From IMG/VR virus record IMGVR_UViG_3300048554_000080, positions 1-53,371 of that record: DNA of 53,371 nt; one strand, given 5' to 3'. This DNA is from a virus. Taxonomy: Duplodnaviria > Caudoviricetes. The notes beneath the pieces are model-generated. The model was not told the DNA's origin, did no database searches, and worked only from the letters and a program-made list of their open reading frames with translations. Each line of letters opens with the position of its first letter. The first letter of the stretch is position 1. Made by a program: the position numbers and the translations under genes. Below are positions 25,736-34,802 of the stretch, piece after piece.

Positions 25736-27862
25736 GTGAGTGTAACAATAGTATTGGACTTAGAGACAACGGTTCAATTTGGTGAGGACAAAAGTAAGGA
25801 CAACAGCCCGTATCATCCAAAGAATAAAATAGTCTCATCCCATTGGCGGATGATTGAAGATGGAGAGGTAGGCCCAGCACGAAGGGCGATCTTTAACCAC
25901 AACGAACAGAATGGCCTAGACGCCGATAGCAGTGCGCCCATGAAGGAAGACCTTAGTCGGGCCGGGTTAATTGTATGCCATAATGCTAAATTCGACGTGT
26001 CCTACTTATTAGAGTCAGGTTTCAGTATACCAAAAAAGGTGTACGACACGATGATAGGCGAGTACATCTTCGCACGAGGACAACGTCAAGAGCTATCTCT
26101 CAAAGCTACAGCCGAGCGCAGGGATGTAACTCGAAAGAAATCAGATTTAGTTGATGGCCTGTTTAAATCCGGGGTGGGCTTTGAAGCAATGCCTCTGGAT
26201 ACAGTAATCGAATATGCTGATGCGGACGTGCTATCTACAACTGAGATCTATCTAGCCCAGCAAAAAGATCTGCTAAAAGAGTCGAACGTCGGCTTACTCC
26301 CAACCTTCACTCTAATGAATGAGATGTTGCTCTTCTTGGTAGAACTAGAACGTAACGGTATCGCCATAAATACGGATACTCTGGCCGAAGTAAAGGAACA
26401 GTACGAGGCTGAAAAGGTACAGATAGAAAAGGATCTAGATGCTATCGTTGTCGATGTGATGGGGGATACACCTATCAACCTGAACAGTGGTGTCGATATG
26501 ACCGCCGTGGTTTATTCGCGTACAGTCAAAGATAGAAACTACCACAAGAATGCTTTTAACATTGGGGTAAACGCCCGGGGCAAACCACTGCCACCCCCAC
26601 GGATGAATGCTAGTAAATTTGCTAACACCGTCCGCAAGTCTACACGCCGGGTCATGAAGACCATAGCCAACCACTGTGACGTTTGCGAGGGCAAGGGCAA
26701 ACTACAGAAGATGAAGGTCAACGGTGAGCCCTATAAGAACCTATCTAAGTGTACGCATTGTGATGGGCGTGGGTACACATTGACAGAGACAGGCCAAGTG
26801 GCCGGGTTAAAACTTATTCCTACACAGCCTACTGACGCCAGTATAAATGGTTTTAAAACAGACAAGCTAACGATCAAGAAATTGATTGCCCAAGCGGAAG
26901 CCAAGGACAACTTAAAAGCCATAGAGTTCCTGACAAAGACATCTAGGCTGAATGCTATATCCACATACCTAGACTCGTTTATTAAGAACATCCAAGCGTC
27001 TACCCGGGCCGACGGAATACTACATGCTCAGTTTAACCAATGTATAACTCGCACAGGCAGACTTAGCAGTTCTAACCCTAACTTCCAGAACATACCCAAT
27101 GGCTCAAAGTTTCCCGTACGGAAAAGCGTACACTCAAGGTTCGAGGGTGGCACGATTATGGAAGCCGACTTCTCTGGGTTAGAATTTAGAGTAGCCGGGG
27201 AACTTTCCCAGTGCCCTACTGTCATCGGCCAGATACTAGATGGTTTTGACGTACACAAACAGACCGCCGCTATTATCAACCAGTGTCCACTAGAGGACGT
27301 TGATAAGACTATGAGGCAAGCGGCCAAAGCGTACACGTTCGCGCCGTTGTATGGTGGTATGGGTGCTAATGAGCCACCTCATATCCAAGCCTACTTTAAA
27401 GAGTACTTTAACATCTACAAAGGCCTCGCCCAGTGGCACCGTAAGCTAATGGACGGTGTACTCAAGGATGGCATTGTAAGGATACCTAGCGGCCGCGAGT
27501 TTTACTTTCCTAACGCTCGGAGGCTCGGAAACGGCAGGATAACTAATGCTACTGCTGTAGTTAATTACCCCTGCCAATCGTTTGCTACTGCCGACCTAGT
27601 GGTCATGTCATGCGTCCGGGCGCACCAGCGTTTCATAGCAGAGGGCTTCAAATCAAGACTGATCTTGACGGTTCATGATTCAATCGTTGTGGACGTACAC
27701 CCGGATGAGGATGCGCCGGTCATAGAAGCCCTGAAGTGGGCTATGGGTGGGTTAGCTGAAGAGGTCAAGGAGCGGTACGACTACGACCTAACACTTCCCC
27801 TAGACATCGAAATTACACAGGGCCCAAATTGGATGGAACAAATTGAATTGGATATTGACTAG
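25736..27862 (+). CDS. polA: Family A DNA polymerase with 3'-5' exonuclease and DnaJ zinc-finger insertion
   Basis: LDLET, HNAKFD, YADAD exo motifs; TGRLSS, ADFSGLEFR, AKAYTFAPLYG (Phe at the 762-equivalent), TVHDS; CDVCEGKG...CTHCDGRG insert. Confidence 0.95.
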   Translation: MSVTIVLDLETTVQFGEDKSKDNSPYHPKNKIVSSHWRMIEDGEVGPARRAIFNHNEQNGLDADSSAPMKEDLSRAGLIVCHNAKFDVSYLLESGFSIPKKVYDTMIGEYIFARGQRQELSLKATAERRDVTRKKSDLVDGLFKSGVGFEAMPLDTVIEYADADVLSTTEIYLAQQKDLLKESNVGLLPTFTLMNEMLLFLVELERNGIAINTDTLAEVKEQYEAEKVQIEKDLDAIVVDVMGDTPINLNSGVDMTAVVYSRTVKDRNYHKNAFNIGVNARGKPLPPPRMNASKFANTVRKSTRRVMKTIANHCDVCEGKGKLQKMKVNGEPYKNLSKCTHCDGRGYTLTETGQVAGLKLIPTQPTDASINGFKTDKLTIKKLIAQAEAKDNLKAIEFLTKTSRLNAISTYLDSFIKNIQASTRADGILHAQFNQCITRTGRLSSSNPNFQNIPNGSKFPVRKSVHSRFEGGTIMEADFSGLEFRVAGELSQCPTVIGQILDGFDVHKQTAAIINQCPLEDVDKTMRQAAKAYTFAPLYGGMGANEPPHIQAYFKEYFNIYKGLAQWHRKLMDGVLKDGIVRIPSGREFYFPNARRLGNGRITNATAVVNYPCQSFATADLVVMSCVRAHQRFIAEGFKSRLILTVHDSIVVDVHPDEDAPVIEALKWAMGGLAEEVKERYDYDLTLPLDIEITQGPNWMEQIELDID

Positions 27863-27883
27863 TTACACTAACTGAGGTACATT
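27855..27883 (+). promoter_or_regulatory. Sigma70-like promoter for the SSB operon
   Basis: TTGACT-17 nt-TACATT. Confidence 0.55.
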
Positions 27884-27931
27884 ATAATACCTTAACTAAA
27901 AACCTTATAAAGGTACTTATTGGAGACATAT

Positions 27932-28786
27932 ATGAATGAACTTACTACAATCAGCAAAAGTGAACAGTTGGAAATTGCCGCCGCTATGGGTATGGGTGGT
28001 AATGATACTCCTACTTCTGGTGACAGGCTCCCTGAACTGAAAATTAACTACCAAGAAGAGAACGACCAAGGTCAGACTCTGCCCCGTGGTCAGTTTTATG
28101 TGAAGGGTACCGAAGATGACCCTGTTTTTGCTAAGTCAGTAAACTTTCGTCCGTTATCTCAGCTATTCCAGTGGATTCAGTACGACGCCGAGGAGAACAA
28201 GGTCAAAAACAAAACCTTGATGATACCGATGCTAAGGCTCGAAGCCCGGGATGAAAAAGGCACAACACGTTGTGGTAAACCCGCAAGCAAAGTATTGCGT
28301 GAAATGTCTAAAGAGGATCAGAAGCGGTACAGCGATATCAAGTGCTTCCGCCAAGTCCGTGGACTGGTGTCCTACGAAGGCAAGAACGCGGACGGCGAGA
28401 CCGTATCAATTGAAAATCAACCCGTCATCATGATGTTGAAGGGTAGTAACTTTAATCCGTTTGAGGAAGAGTTTTTAGACAAACTACCTCGCGGCCGTAA
28501 GATGCACGAGTACACCGTCAAGATCGGCGCTACCAAAACAAAAGGTAGTGGCGGCAATATCTGGTGGGTACTTAACTTTGACCCTGATTTGACGAACACC
28601 CTAGCGATGGACGAACAGGTTTTTGAAACCGTAAAGGTTATGCATGACATGGTGAAGCGTGAAAACGACAAGATCCAAGCCTCGCATGAGAGAAGCCTGA
28701 GAGACAGTCAGCTATCGGATGATGCTATCGATGCCATTGAAGGCATATCTAGTGACTTGGAAGATGATTTAGCAGACGAAGCGTAA
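27932..28786 (+). CDS. Probable ssDNA-binding protein (start MNELTT at 27932)
   Basis: Position after PolA, acidic C-terminal tail, GGAG RBS; function inferred. Confidence 0.6.
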   Translation: MNELTTISKSEQLEIAAAMGMGGNDTPTSGDRLPELKINYQEENDQGQTLPRGQFYVKGTEDDPVFAKSVNFRPLSQLFQWIQYDAEENKVKNKTLMIPMLRLEARDEKGTTRCGKPASKVLREMSKEDQKRYSDIKCFRQVRGLVSYEGKNADGETVSIENQPVIMMLKGSNFNPFEEEFLDKLPRGRKMHEYTVKIGATKTKGSGGNIWWVLNFDPDLTNTLAMDEQVFETVKVMHDMVKRENDKIQASHERSLRDSQLSDDAIDAIEGISSDLEDDLADEA

Positions 28787-28815
28787 TCGTACCTTAACCC
28801 TAAAAGAGGTACGTT

Positions 28816-29676
28816 ATGTCTCTAAACATACTCGAACACCAACTACATATGGTACTGGACAAGCTCTCCAACGGGGAGCCTGTTGAGTATGAAGAGAGTT
28901 GGATTGAAGAAGCAGGAGAGATGTTTAAAGACACTCTTCGCAAGCAACTAGAGCCTCGGGAAGATGGGTTCCGCATCCGCATGTCGAATGTGGGACGCCC
29001 CTCTTGCCAACTACAGCACGAAAAAGCTGGCACCCCCAAATCTAAGAACCCCTACAATAACATTGTCCGATTTATGTTGGGCGATGCTACCGAAGTATTG
29101 GTTGAGTTATATCTTAAACTAGCCCGGGTAAATATTACCGGGGGTAAGGATAAGGTACAGCTAGATGTAGGTGAGACTACCATCCTTGGCGAGAATGATG
29201 TCGAGATCGATGATAAGATCTATGACACAAAGTCCTCAAGCCCGTGGGCCTATGACAACAAATGGGCGATGGGCTGGGAAGGTGTGGCTAAGGATGATGC
29301 GTTTGGCTATGTTCCCCAGTTACTAGGCTACAGTGATGCTTCCAACAAAGAACCCGGCGGATGGCTTGTAGTCAATAAGTCCACTGGCGAAATCAAGGTG
29401 GTGGACGCTGAGTTTACTGATGCAGATAAACGTGCAATCAGGAATAAGATCGCGTCTAATGTGGAATTGATCACAACAGATGCGCCTTTCGAGAAATGCT
29501 TTGAACCACAAGATGAGTATTTCCGTAAGCAACTAACCCCCAATAAAAGACTACCGATTAACTGCACCTTCTGTAACTACCTTCATGCCTGTTGGCCGGA
29601 CGCTAAGTACCGACCACAGACCGGTAGCAAGGCTCAGAGTCCCCGTCATTATTGGTACGCGGAGTACGAAGAATAG
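28816..29676 (+). CDS. PD-(D/E)XK exonuclease (Cas4/RecB-like)
   Basis: RMSNVGRPSCQL, GENDV...YDTKS, GYVPQL..Y, CTFCNY...CW. Confidence 0.85.
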   Translation: MSLNILEHQLHMVLDKLSNGEPVEYEESWIEEAGEMFKDTLRKQLEPREDGFRIRMSNVGRPSCQLQHEKAGTPKSKNPYNNIVRFMLGDATEVLVELYLKLARVNITGGKDKVQLDVGETTILGENDVEIDDKIYDTKSSSPWAYDNKWAMGWEGVAKDDAFGYVPQLLGYSDASNKEPGGWLVVNKSTGEIKVVDAEFTDADKRAIRNKIASNVELITTDAPFEKCFEPQDEYFRKQLTPNKRLPINCTFCNYLHACWPDAKYRPQTGSKAQSPRHYWYAEYEE

Positions 29677-30128
29677 TGCCATTCAGAAATATAAGAGGCC
29701 GAGCAATCGCTAACGGCTACCGTTCCGGGCTGGAAGAAGACATTGGCCTACAACTTAAAGAAGCTGGCATAAAAGCAGAGTACGAACCTTTTCGCATTCC
29801 GTACATAATGCCTATCCAGAACCGAAAATATACACCCGATTATGTATTGCCGAACGGCATCGTAATCGAAAGTAAAGGTAGGTTCACTCCTGAAGATCGA
29901 AAGAAGCACCTGTGGATCCGTGATGATTACGGAGACGCACTTGATCTACGGTTTGTGTTCAGTAACCCACGCGGAAAACTACGCAAAGGTAGCAAGACTA
30001 GCTACGCCGATTGGTGTGAGAAACATGGGTTCTTGTTTGCGTCGAAGGAAATCCCGGACGAATGGCTGAAAGAGAAGCCTAAAAAGCGTTCATTAAATTT
30101 ACTAAACAAACTTCGAGAAACAAAATGA
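29676..30128 (+). CDS. T7 endonuclease I-like Holliday junction resolvase
   Basis: YRSGLEE, YTPDYVL, IESKGRF, LRFVF, YADWCEKHGF; GTG start overlapping the upstream stop is inferred. Confidence 0.9.
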   Translation: MPFRNIRGRAIANGYRSGLEEDIGLQLKEAGIKAEYEPFRIPYIMPIQNRKYTPDYVLPNGIVIESKGRFTPEDRKKHLWIRDDYGDALDLRFVFSNPRGKLRKGSKTSYADWCEKHGFLFASKEIPDEWLKEKPKKRSLNLLNKLRETK

Positions 30129-30469
30129 CGGATAAGTTTATTGGAGCATTTATAGAACTCGTCCCGAACGAAACGAATGAAGGAATAGACTTTCGCTTTG
30201 GGTGGGAATTCCCTGACAAAATGGAACCAGAAGTACAGGAACTGTTTAAGAACCTAGTAGCTGGTATCTTTGGATTGATGAGTAGTCAGGACGAAGAGAT
30301 TATTGCTATCGGTGAGATAGTCCGTAATGTATCCGGCTTCGATGACAGCATAGTACCGGTAGCCGATAATGAAATCATATTTACGGCCGACGATGAACTA
30401 CTCGAAAAGCTAGAGTCCTCATCAAAAGTAATCGACATAACGAAATATAAACCGCAAGGCGACCAATGA
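30125..30469 (+). CDS. Hypothetical acidic protein
   Basis: 114 aa, translationally coupled. Confidence 0.7.
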   Translation: MTDKFIGAFIELVPNETNEGIDFRFGWEFPDKMEPEVQELFKNLVAGIFGLMSSQDEEIIAIGEIVRNVSGFDDSIVPVADNEIIFTADDELLEKLESSSKVIDITKYKPQGDQ

Positions 30470-31026
30470 TGAGCGATCTATTTATTGGCCTATGTGGAAA
30501 GAAAGGCTCCGGGAAGAGCTATGTAGCAAAGAACATGAGGGATACTCGTGGGGCGAAGATTATTCGCTTTGCCGATACCCTCAAAGACATGATGCGTGTG
30601 ATGGGCTTTAACGAAGGCCAAATCAACGGCGATCTTAAAGAAGTAGCCTGTGACATGCTGAATGGTAAGACCCCAAGATACGCCATGCAAACACTCGGAA
30701 CTGAGTGGGGGCGTAACTTACTGCACGAGAATATCTGGGTAGATATGCTTGTTGCCAAGGCGAACAAAGAGACCGGAATTGTGGTCGTTGACGATGTTCG
30801 TTTTCCAAATGAAATACAAGCAATCCGTGAGAATGGCGGAGTGGTAGCGTGGGTGGAACGAATTTCCGTCTACGAAGGTGAAGATGAACACGCCTCCGAA
30901 ACCTCGGTTAGTTCAGCGGACTGTGATGTCTGGATTGATAATACCCTACCTATCTCTGAAGTGATCACCAACGTGGAAGGTTGGGCCCGGTTGCAGAAAG
31001 ATATTAGGAATAAAAATGACAAATAA
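30466..31026 (+). CDS. Deoxynucleoside monophosphate kinase
   Basis: GLCGKKGSGKS, FADTLK, PRYAMQTLGTEWGR, DDVRFPNE and HASE motifs. Confidence 0.9.
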   Translation: MMSDLFIGLCGKKGSGKSYVAKNMRDTRGAKIIRFADTLKDMMRVMGFNEGQINGDLKEVACDMLNGKTPRYAMQTLGTEWGRNLLHENIWVDMLVAKANKETGIVVVDDVRFPNEIQAIRENGGVVAWVERISVYEGEDEHASETSVSSADCDVWIDNTLPISEVITNVEGWARLQKDIRNKNDK

Positions 31027-32794
31027 AGTTAATATTGACTTAGAAAGAGATGGTAAATTTGATGACCTCGGCCTCACACGACTCCGCGAAAGCTACATGC
31101 GGGAAGACGAAAGTAGCCCCCAAGAAAGGTTCGCCTACGTCTGCGAACAATTTGGATCTGACCAAGAACACTCCCAGCGCCTCTATGAATACACCAGTAA
31201 GCACTGGCTGTCGCTGTCCACGCCAATCCTCAGCTACGGCAGGAGCAAAAGGGGTATGCCCATCAGTTGCTTCTTGTCGTACCTCGACGATAGCGCCGAA
31301 GGATTAGTAGATACTCTATCCGAAGTAAACTGGCTATCGATGCTCGGGGGCGGTGTGGGTATCCATGTAGGTATCCGTGGCTCCGACGATAAATCAGTTG
31401 GGGTAATGCCTCACTTGAAAGTTTACGATGCCTCCTCCCTCGCCTACCGTCAGGGACGTACCCGGCGCGGTAGTTACGCGGCTTTCTTAGATATTAGTCA
31501 CCCAGACATTACAGCATTTGTAGAGATGCGTAAGCCTACCGGTGATCAGAACTTCCGTACTCTTAATTTACATCACGGCGTTAACATAACTAACGACTTT
31601 ATGAACCTTATTGAGCAGTCGATGCGCGATGAGGACTTCGATGACTCATGGGATTTAATCAGCCCGAATAATGGTGAAGTGGTTGAGACCGTTTCAGCTA
31701 AAGCTCTTTGGATTAAGCTATTAGAAATGCGTATCCAGACCGGGGAGCCCTACCTTGTATTTATTGACAATGCTAATGACGATTTGCCTGTCTGGTTAAA
31801 AGACCAAGGCATGAAGATTAATGGCAGTAACCTGTGTACAGAGATCTTTCTACCTACGACAATGGATCGTACTGCGGTCTGCTGTTTATCCAGCCTAAAT
31901 ATCGAATATTACGAAGAATGGAAGTCAGATCGTAAGTTTATCCCGGATGTTATGGAGATGTTGGACAATGTGCTGGATCATTTCATAGCACAGGCTCCAA
32001 AAACCGTCTCTAGGGCCATTAAATCGGCGCGTAACGAACGATCTATAGGTATTGGTACCCTTGGTCTACATGCGTACTTTCAGAAGCGTGACATGCCTCT
32101 AGAGGGCGTCATGACGAAGGTGATTAACCGTGAGATCTACAAACACATCGAGAAAGAATGTAAGCGCGGCGATAAACAGTTATTTGATAGGCGTGGGCCC
32201 TGCCCGGATGCTAAAAAAGCTGGGATAGAACGTAGATTTAGCCACTGGACTGCTATCGCCCCCAACGCCTCTAGCTCTATTATCATGGGCAACACCAGCC
32301 CGAGTATTGAACCTTACCGAGCTAACGTATTTCGCCAAGACACAATGTCCGGCGCGTATATACAAAGGAACAAGTACCTTGAAACTAAGCTCGAAGAATT
32401 CGGTCTAAACACACAGAAGACGTGGGCCAGTATCACAGCGCAGGATGGTTCAGTCCAGCACCTAGATATCCCCCAAGACGTAAAAGACGTATTTAAAACA
32501 GCCAATGAGATTGACCAGCTTTGGCTGATAGATCTTGCCTCTGACCGCCAAGAATATACGGATCAGGGACAGAGTCTAAACTTATTTTTCCGCCCGGATG
32601 TAAATGTGAAGTATCTTCACGCCACTCATTTCTTAGCATGGAAGAACGGTCTAAAAAGCCTGTACTACTGCCGTTCTGACAAGCTCCGTAAAGCTGATCG
32701 CGTCGGTATGCAGATTCAACGTAACAGAATTGAAGATGAGATTGACCTGACAGCGGTTGCTGATGGGGATGTCTGTCTCGCATGTGAGGGATGA
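31016..32794 (+). CDS. nrdA: Class I ribonucleotide reductase alpha subunit (short, no ATP cone)
   Basis: SCFL, GGGVG, SNLCTEI, AIAPNASSS, DQGQSLN, KSLYY and C-terminal CLACEG. Confidence 0.95.
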   Translation: MTNKVNIDLERDGKFDDLGLTRLRESYMREDESSPQERFAYVCEQFGSDQEHSQRLYEYTSKHWLSLSTPILSYGRSKRGMPISCFLSYLDDSAEGLVDTLSEVNWLSMLGGGVGIHVGIRGSDDKSVGVMPHLKVYDASSLAYRQGRTRRGSYAAFLDISHPDITAFVEMRKPTGDQNFRTLNLHHGVNITNDFMNLIEQSMRDEDFDDSWDLISPNNGEVVETVSAKALWIKLLEMRIQTGEPYLVFIDNANDDLPVWLKDQGMKINGSNLCTEIFLPTTMDRTAVCCLSSLNIEYYEEWKSDRKFIPDVMEMLDNVLDHFIAQAPKTVSRAIKSARNERSIGIGTLGLHAYFQKRDMPLEGVMTKVINREIYKHIEKECKRGDKQLFDRRGPCPDAKKAGIERRFSHWTAIAPNASSSIIMGNTSPSIEPYRANVFRQDTMSGAYIQRNKYLETKLEEFGLNTQKTWASITAQDGSVQHLDIPQDVKDVFKTANEIDQLWLIDLASDRQEYTDQGQSLNLFFRPDVNVKYLHATHFLAWKNGLKSLYYCRSDKLRKADRVGMQIQRNRIEDEIDLTAVADGDVCLACEG

Positions 32795-33771
32795 TTATGC
32801 CAAAAAGAAAGCCGAAGTTAACGGACACACGAGATTACTATAAGCCTTTTAACTACCCTTGGGCTTATGATGCGTTTCAGGCCAGCGAACAAATGCACTG
32901 GTTGTGGACTGAAGTACCTATGCTGGAAGACACCAAGGATTGGCGTCACCGGCTGAACGATGGAGAGAAGGACTTCCTAACGAAGATCTTCCGATTCTTT
33001 ACTCAGGGCGACATAGATGTGTCCGGCGCGTATGTGAACAACTACCTACCGCACTTCCCACAGCCTGAAGTAAGAATGATGTTATCGTCGTTTGCCGCCC
33101 GGGAAGCTATTCATGTGGCCGCATATAGCCACCTGATCGAAACCTTGGGTATGCCTGAGTCAACGTACAACGAGTTCCTTGAATACGAAGAGATGGTAGA
33201 GAAGCACGACTTCTTCCAAGAGCTACAGAAGGACGAGAACCTACCGGCTCAGATTGCCGGGTTCAGTGCATTCACCGAAGGTATGCAATTGTTTAGCTCG
33301 TTCGTCATGTTACTTAATTTTGCCCGGAATGGTAAGATGAAGGGTATGGGTCAGATCATCGCGTGGTCTATTGCAGACGAAACCCTACACACTGAAAGCA
33401 TGATCAAGCTGTTCCGAACATATGTTCAAGAGAACCGTAACCTATGGAACGATGATACCAAGAAGCTGATATACACCACCGCCGAGAAGATGGTGGAATT
33501 AGAAGATAAGTTTATCGGACTAGCGTTCGGCGTTAACCAGATGGAAGGCATCACCCCAATAGAGGTGAAACAATATATTCGATACATTTGTGACAGACGT
33601 TTAATCGCGCTGGGTATGAAAGGGATCTTCAAAGTGAAGACTAACCCACTGCCTTGGGTTGATGGGATGCTTGGCGTCACACACACGAACTTCTTTGAAA
33701 ACAAGGTTGTTGACTACGCAAAAGGGGCACTTTCCGGCGATTGGGCCGAGGTATGGGGAGCGGTATCATAG
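32791..33771 (+). CDS. nrdB: Class I ribonucleotide reductase beta subunit
   Basis: FFTQGD, EAIHVAAY, EGMQLFSSF, DETLH and NFFE motifs. Confidence 0.95.
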   Translation: MIMPKRKPKLTDTRDYYKPFNYPWAYDAFQASEQMHWLWTEVPMLEDTKDWRHRLNDGEKDFLTKIFRFFTQGDIDVSGAYVNNYLPHFPQPEVRMMLSSFAAREAIHVAAYSHLIETLGMPESTYNEFLEYEEMVEKHDFFQELQKDENLPAQIAGFSAFTEGMQLFSSFVMLLNFARNGKMKGMGQIIAWSIADETLHTESMIKLFRTYVQENRNLWNDDTKKLIYTTAEKMVELEDKFIGLAFGVNQMEGITPIEVKQYIRYICDRRLIALGMKGIFKVKTNPLPWVDGMLGVTHTNFFENKVVDYAKGALSGDWAEVWGAVS

Positions 33772-33783
33772 GAGTTTTGACCT

Positions 33784-33969
33784 ATGTCGCAACAGAAACG
33801 ACAGGCCAAAAAAAAGCCACTACAAGTGGCATTCGATATGGGCCAGAAGGCCTTCTACCGGGGTATCTTTGATAGCCCGTATAAAGAGAGTTCATTCCTA
33901 CACAAGGAGTGGAAACGCGGATTTGACACTGGGTTCTTCCAAAATCAAACTCGCTTAATGAAACAGTAG
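33784..33969 (+). CDS. Small hypothetical protein
   Basis: GQKAF...SPY...EWKRGF motif; AGGAG RBS. Confidence 0.7.
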   Translation: MSQQKRQAKKKPLQVAFDMGQKAFYRGIFDSPYKESSFLHKEWKRGFDTGFFQNQTRLMKQ

Positions 33970-33981
33970 TGCCCCTAACTG

Positions 33982-34010
33982 TTTACTTAACTACAGTATT
34001 GTAGTATGAT
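33982..34010 (+). promoter_or_regulatory. Sigma70-like promoter with internal inverted repeat
   Basis: TTTACT-17 nt-TATGAT; ACTACA-GTAT-TGTAGT palindrome overlapping the spacer. Confidence 0.55.
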
Positions 34011-34033
34011 CAACGGATAGAATTGGAGTCTGT

Positions 34034-34336
34034 ATGAGTTTAGATACTCTGAATAATCAAGTCCTCGAATGGGGATTGGAGAAAGGTATATTACCTAACC
34101 CCGAACCACTTTCTCAGGTAGAAAAAACTGAGGAAGAAGTAGCTGAGTTACGACAAGCTATTTATGAACACAACATTGACGAAGTCAAAGATGCCATCGG
34201 CGATATTTATGTGACGATCACTATGCAAGCCGAAGCATGGAACCTCACAATGGAAGAGTGTGTTAAAGCCGCATACGACGTAATTAAACTCCGCACCGGT
34301 AAAATGGTGAACGGGCAATTTGTAAAAGATAATTAG
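34034..34336 (+). CDS. MazG-like nucleotide pyrophosphohydrolase
   Basis: KTEEEVAEL...KDAIGD...AYDVIKLRTGKMVNGQFVK. Confidence 0.85.
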   Translation: MSLDTLNNQVLEWGLEKGILPNPEPLSQVEKTEEEVAELRQAIYEHNIDEVKDAIGDIYVTITMQAEAWNLTMEECVKAAYDVIKLRTGKMVNGQFVKDN

Positions 34337-34344
34337 GAGCATTT

Positions 34345-34641
34345 ATGACGAAGAAATTTGAAGAGACGCCGGAAGAATCCGCGTCAGTTAACCAAGAGGC
34401 CATGTCCACCGATGAATTATTGGATTCTCTCAAAGGGAAGTTTGATAGTTGTATCGTCACAGGTTTCAACAAGGACGGTCATCTTTTCATGTCTAGTTCC
34501 ATTAGTAATATCCCGTTCATGCACTGGACACTTAACCGTTCAATCTTTGAATTAGGATTGTTCGAGAAGCAAGCGTCACAGCCCCAAACGGAAGAAGCCC
34601 CAGCAACAACCGAAGTTGACACTGAGGCTTCTGAATCGTAA
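34345..34641 (+). CDS. Hypothetical protein (98 aa)
   Basis: AGGAG RBS; IVTGFNKDG motif. Confidence 0.7.
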   Translation: MTKKFEETPEESASVNQEAMSTDELLDSLKGKFDSCIVTGFNKDGHLFMSSSISNIPFMHWTLNRSIFELGLFEKQASQPQTEEAPATTEVDTEASES

Positions 34642-34650
34642 TACCCTCTC

Positions 34651-34720
34651 ATAGTCCTTTTGTAGTGGACTTTTGCCCTCATCTCCGTCTAACCAACGGG
34701 CCAAAGGTGGGGGCTTTTTT
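34651..34720 (+). ncRNA. Candidate sRNA-B, antisense to the early-gene RBS
   Basis: Promoter TTGACA-17-TAATAC (34616-34644); hairpin AGUCC-UUUUGUAGU-GGACU; terminator GCCCUCAUCU...AGGUGGGGGC-U6. Confidence 0.6.
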
Positions 34721-34724
34721 ATGT

Positions 34725-34801
34725 GCGCTTGTAGCTCAGTTGGATAGAGCGTCCGGCTACGAACCGGAAGGTCGGGAGTTCGAGTCTTCCCAAGTGCGCC
34801 A
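34725..34801 (+). tRNA. tRNA-Arg(ACG)
   Basis: Full cloverleaf: GCGCTTG/CAAGTGC acceptor, GCTC/GAGC D-stem, TCCGG-CTACGAA-CCGGA anticodon arm, GTTCGA T-loop, encoded CCA. Confidence 0.92.
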
Positions 34802-34802
34802 G

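Noticed and set aside
26480-26830. Intein or intron in PolA
   Set aside because: The ORF is continuous and the insert has CxxCxGxG repeats, without intein C...HN termini or LAGLIDADG motifs
28816-29676. Cas4-like nuclease as a CRISPR component
   Set aside because: Ordinary phage replication-module exonuclease; no array or other cas genes
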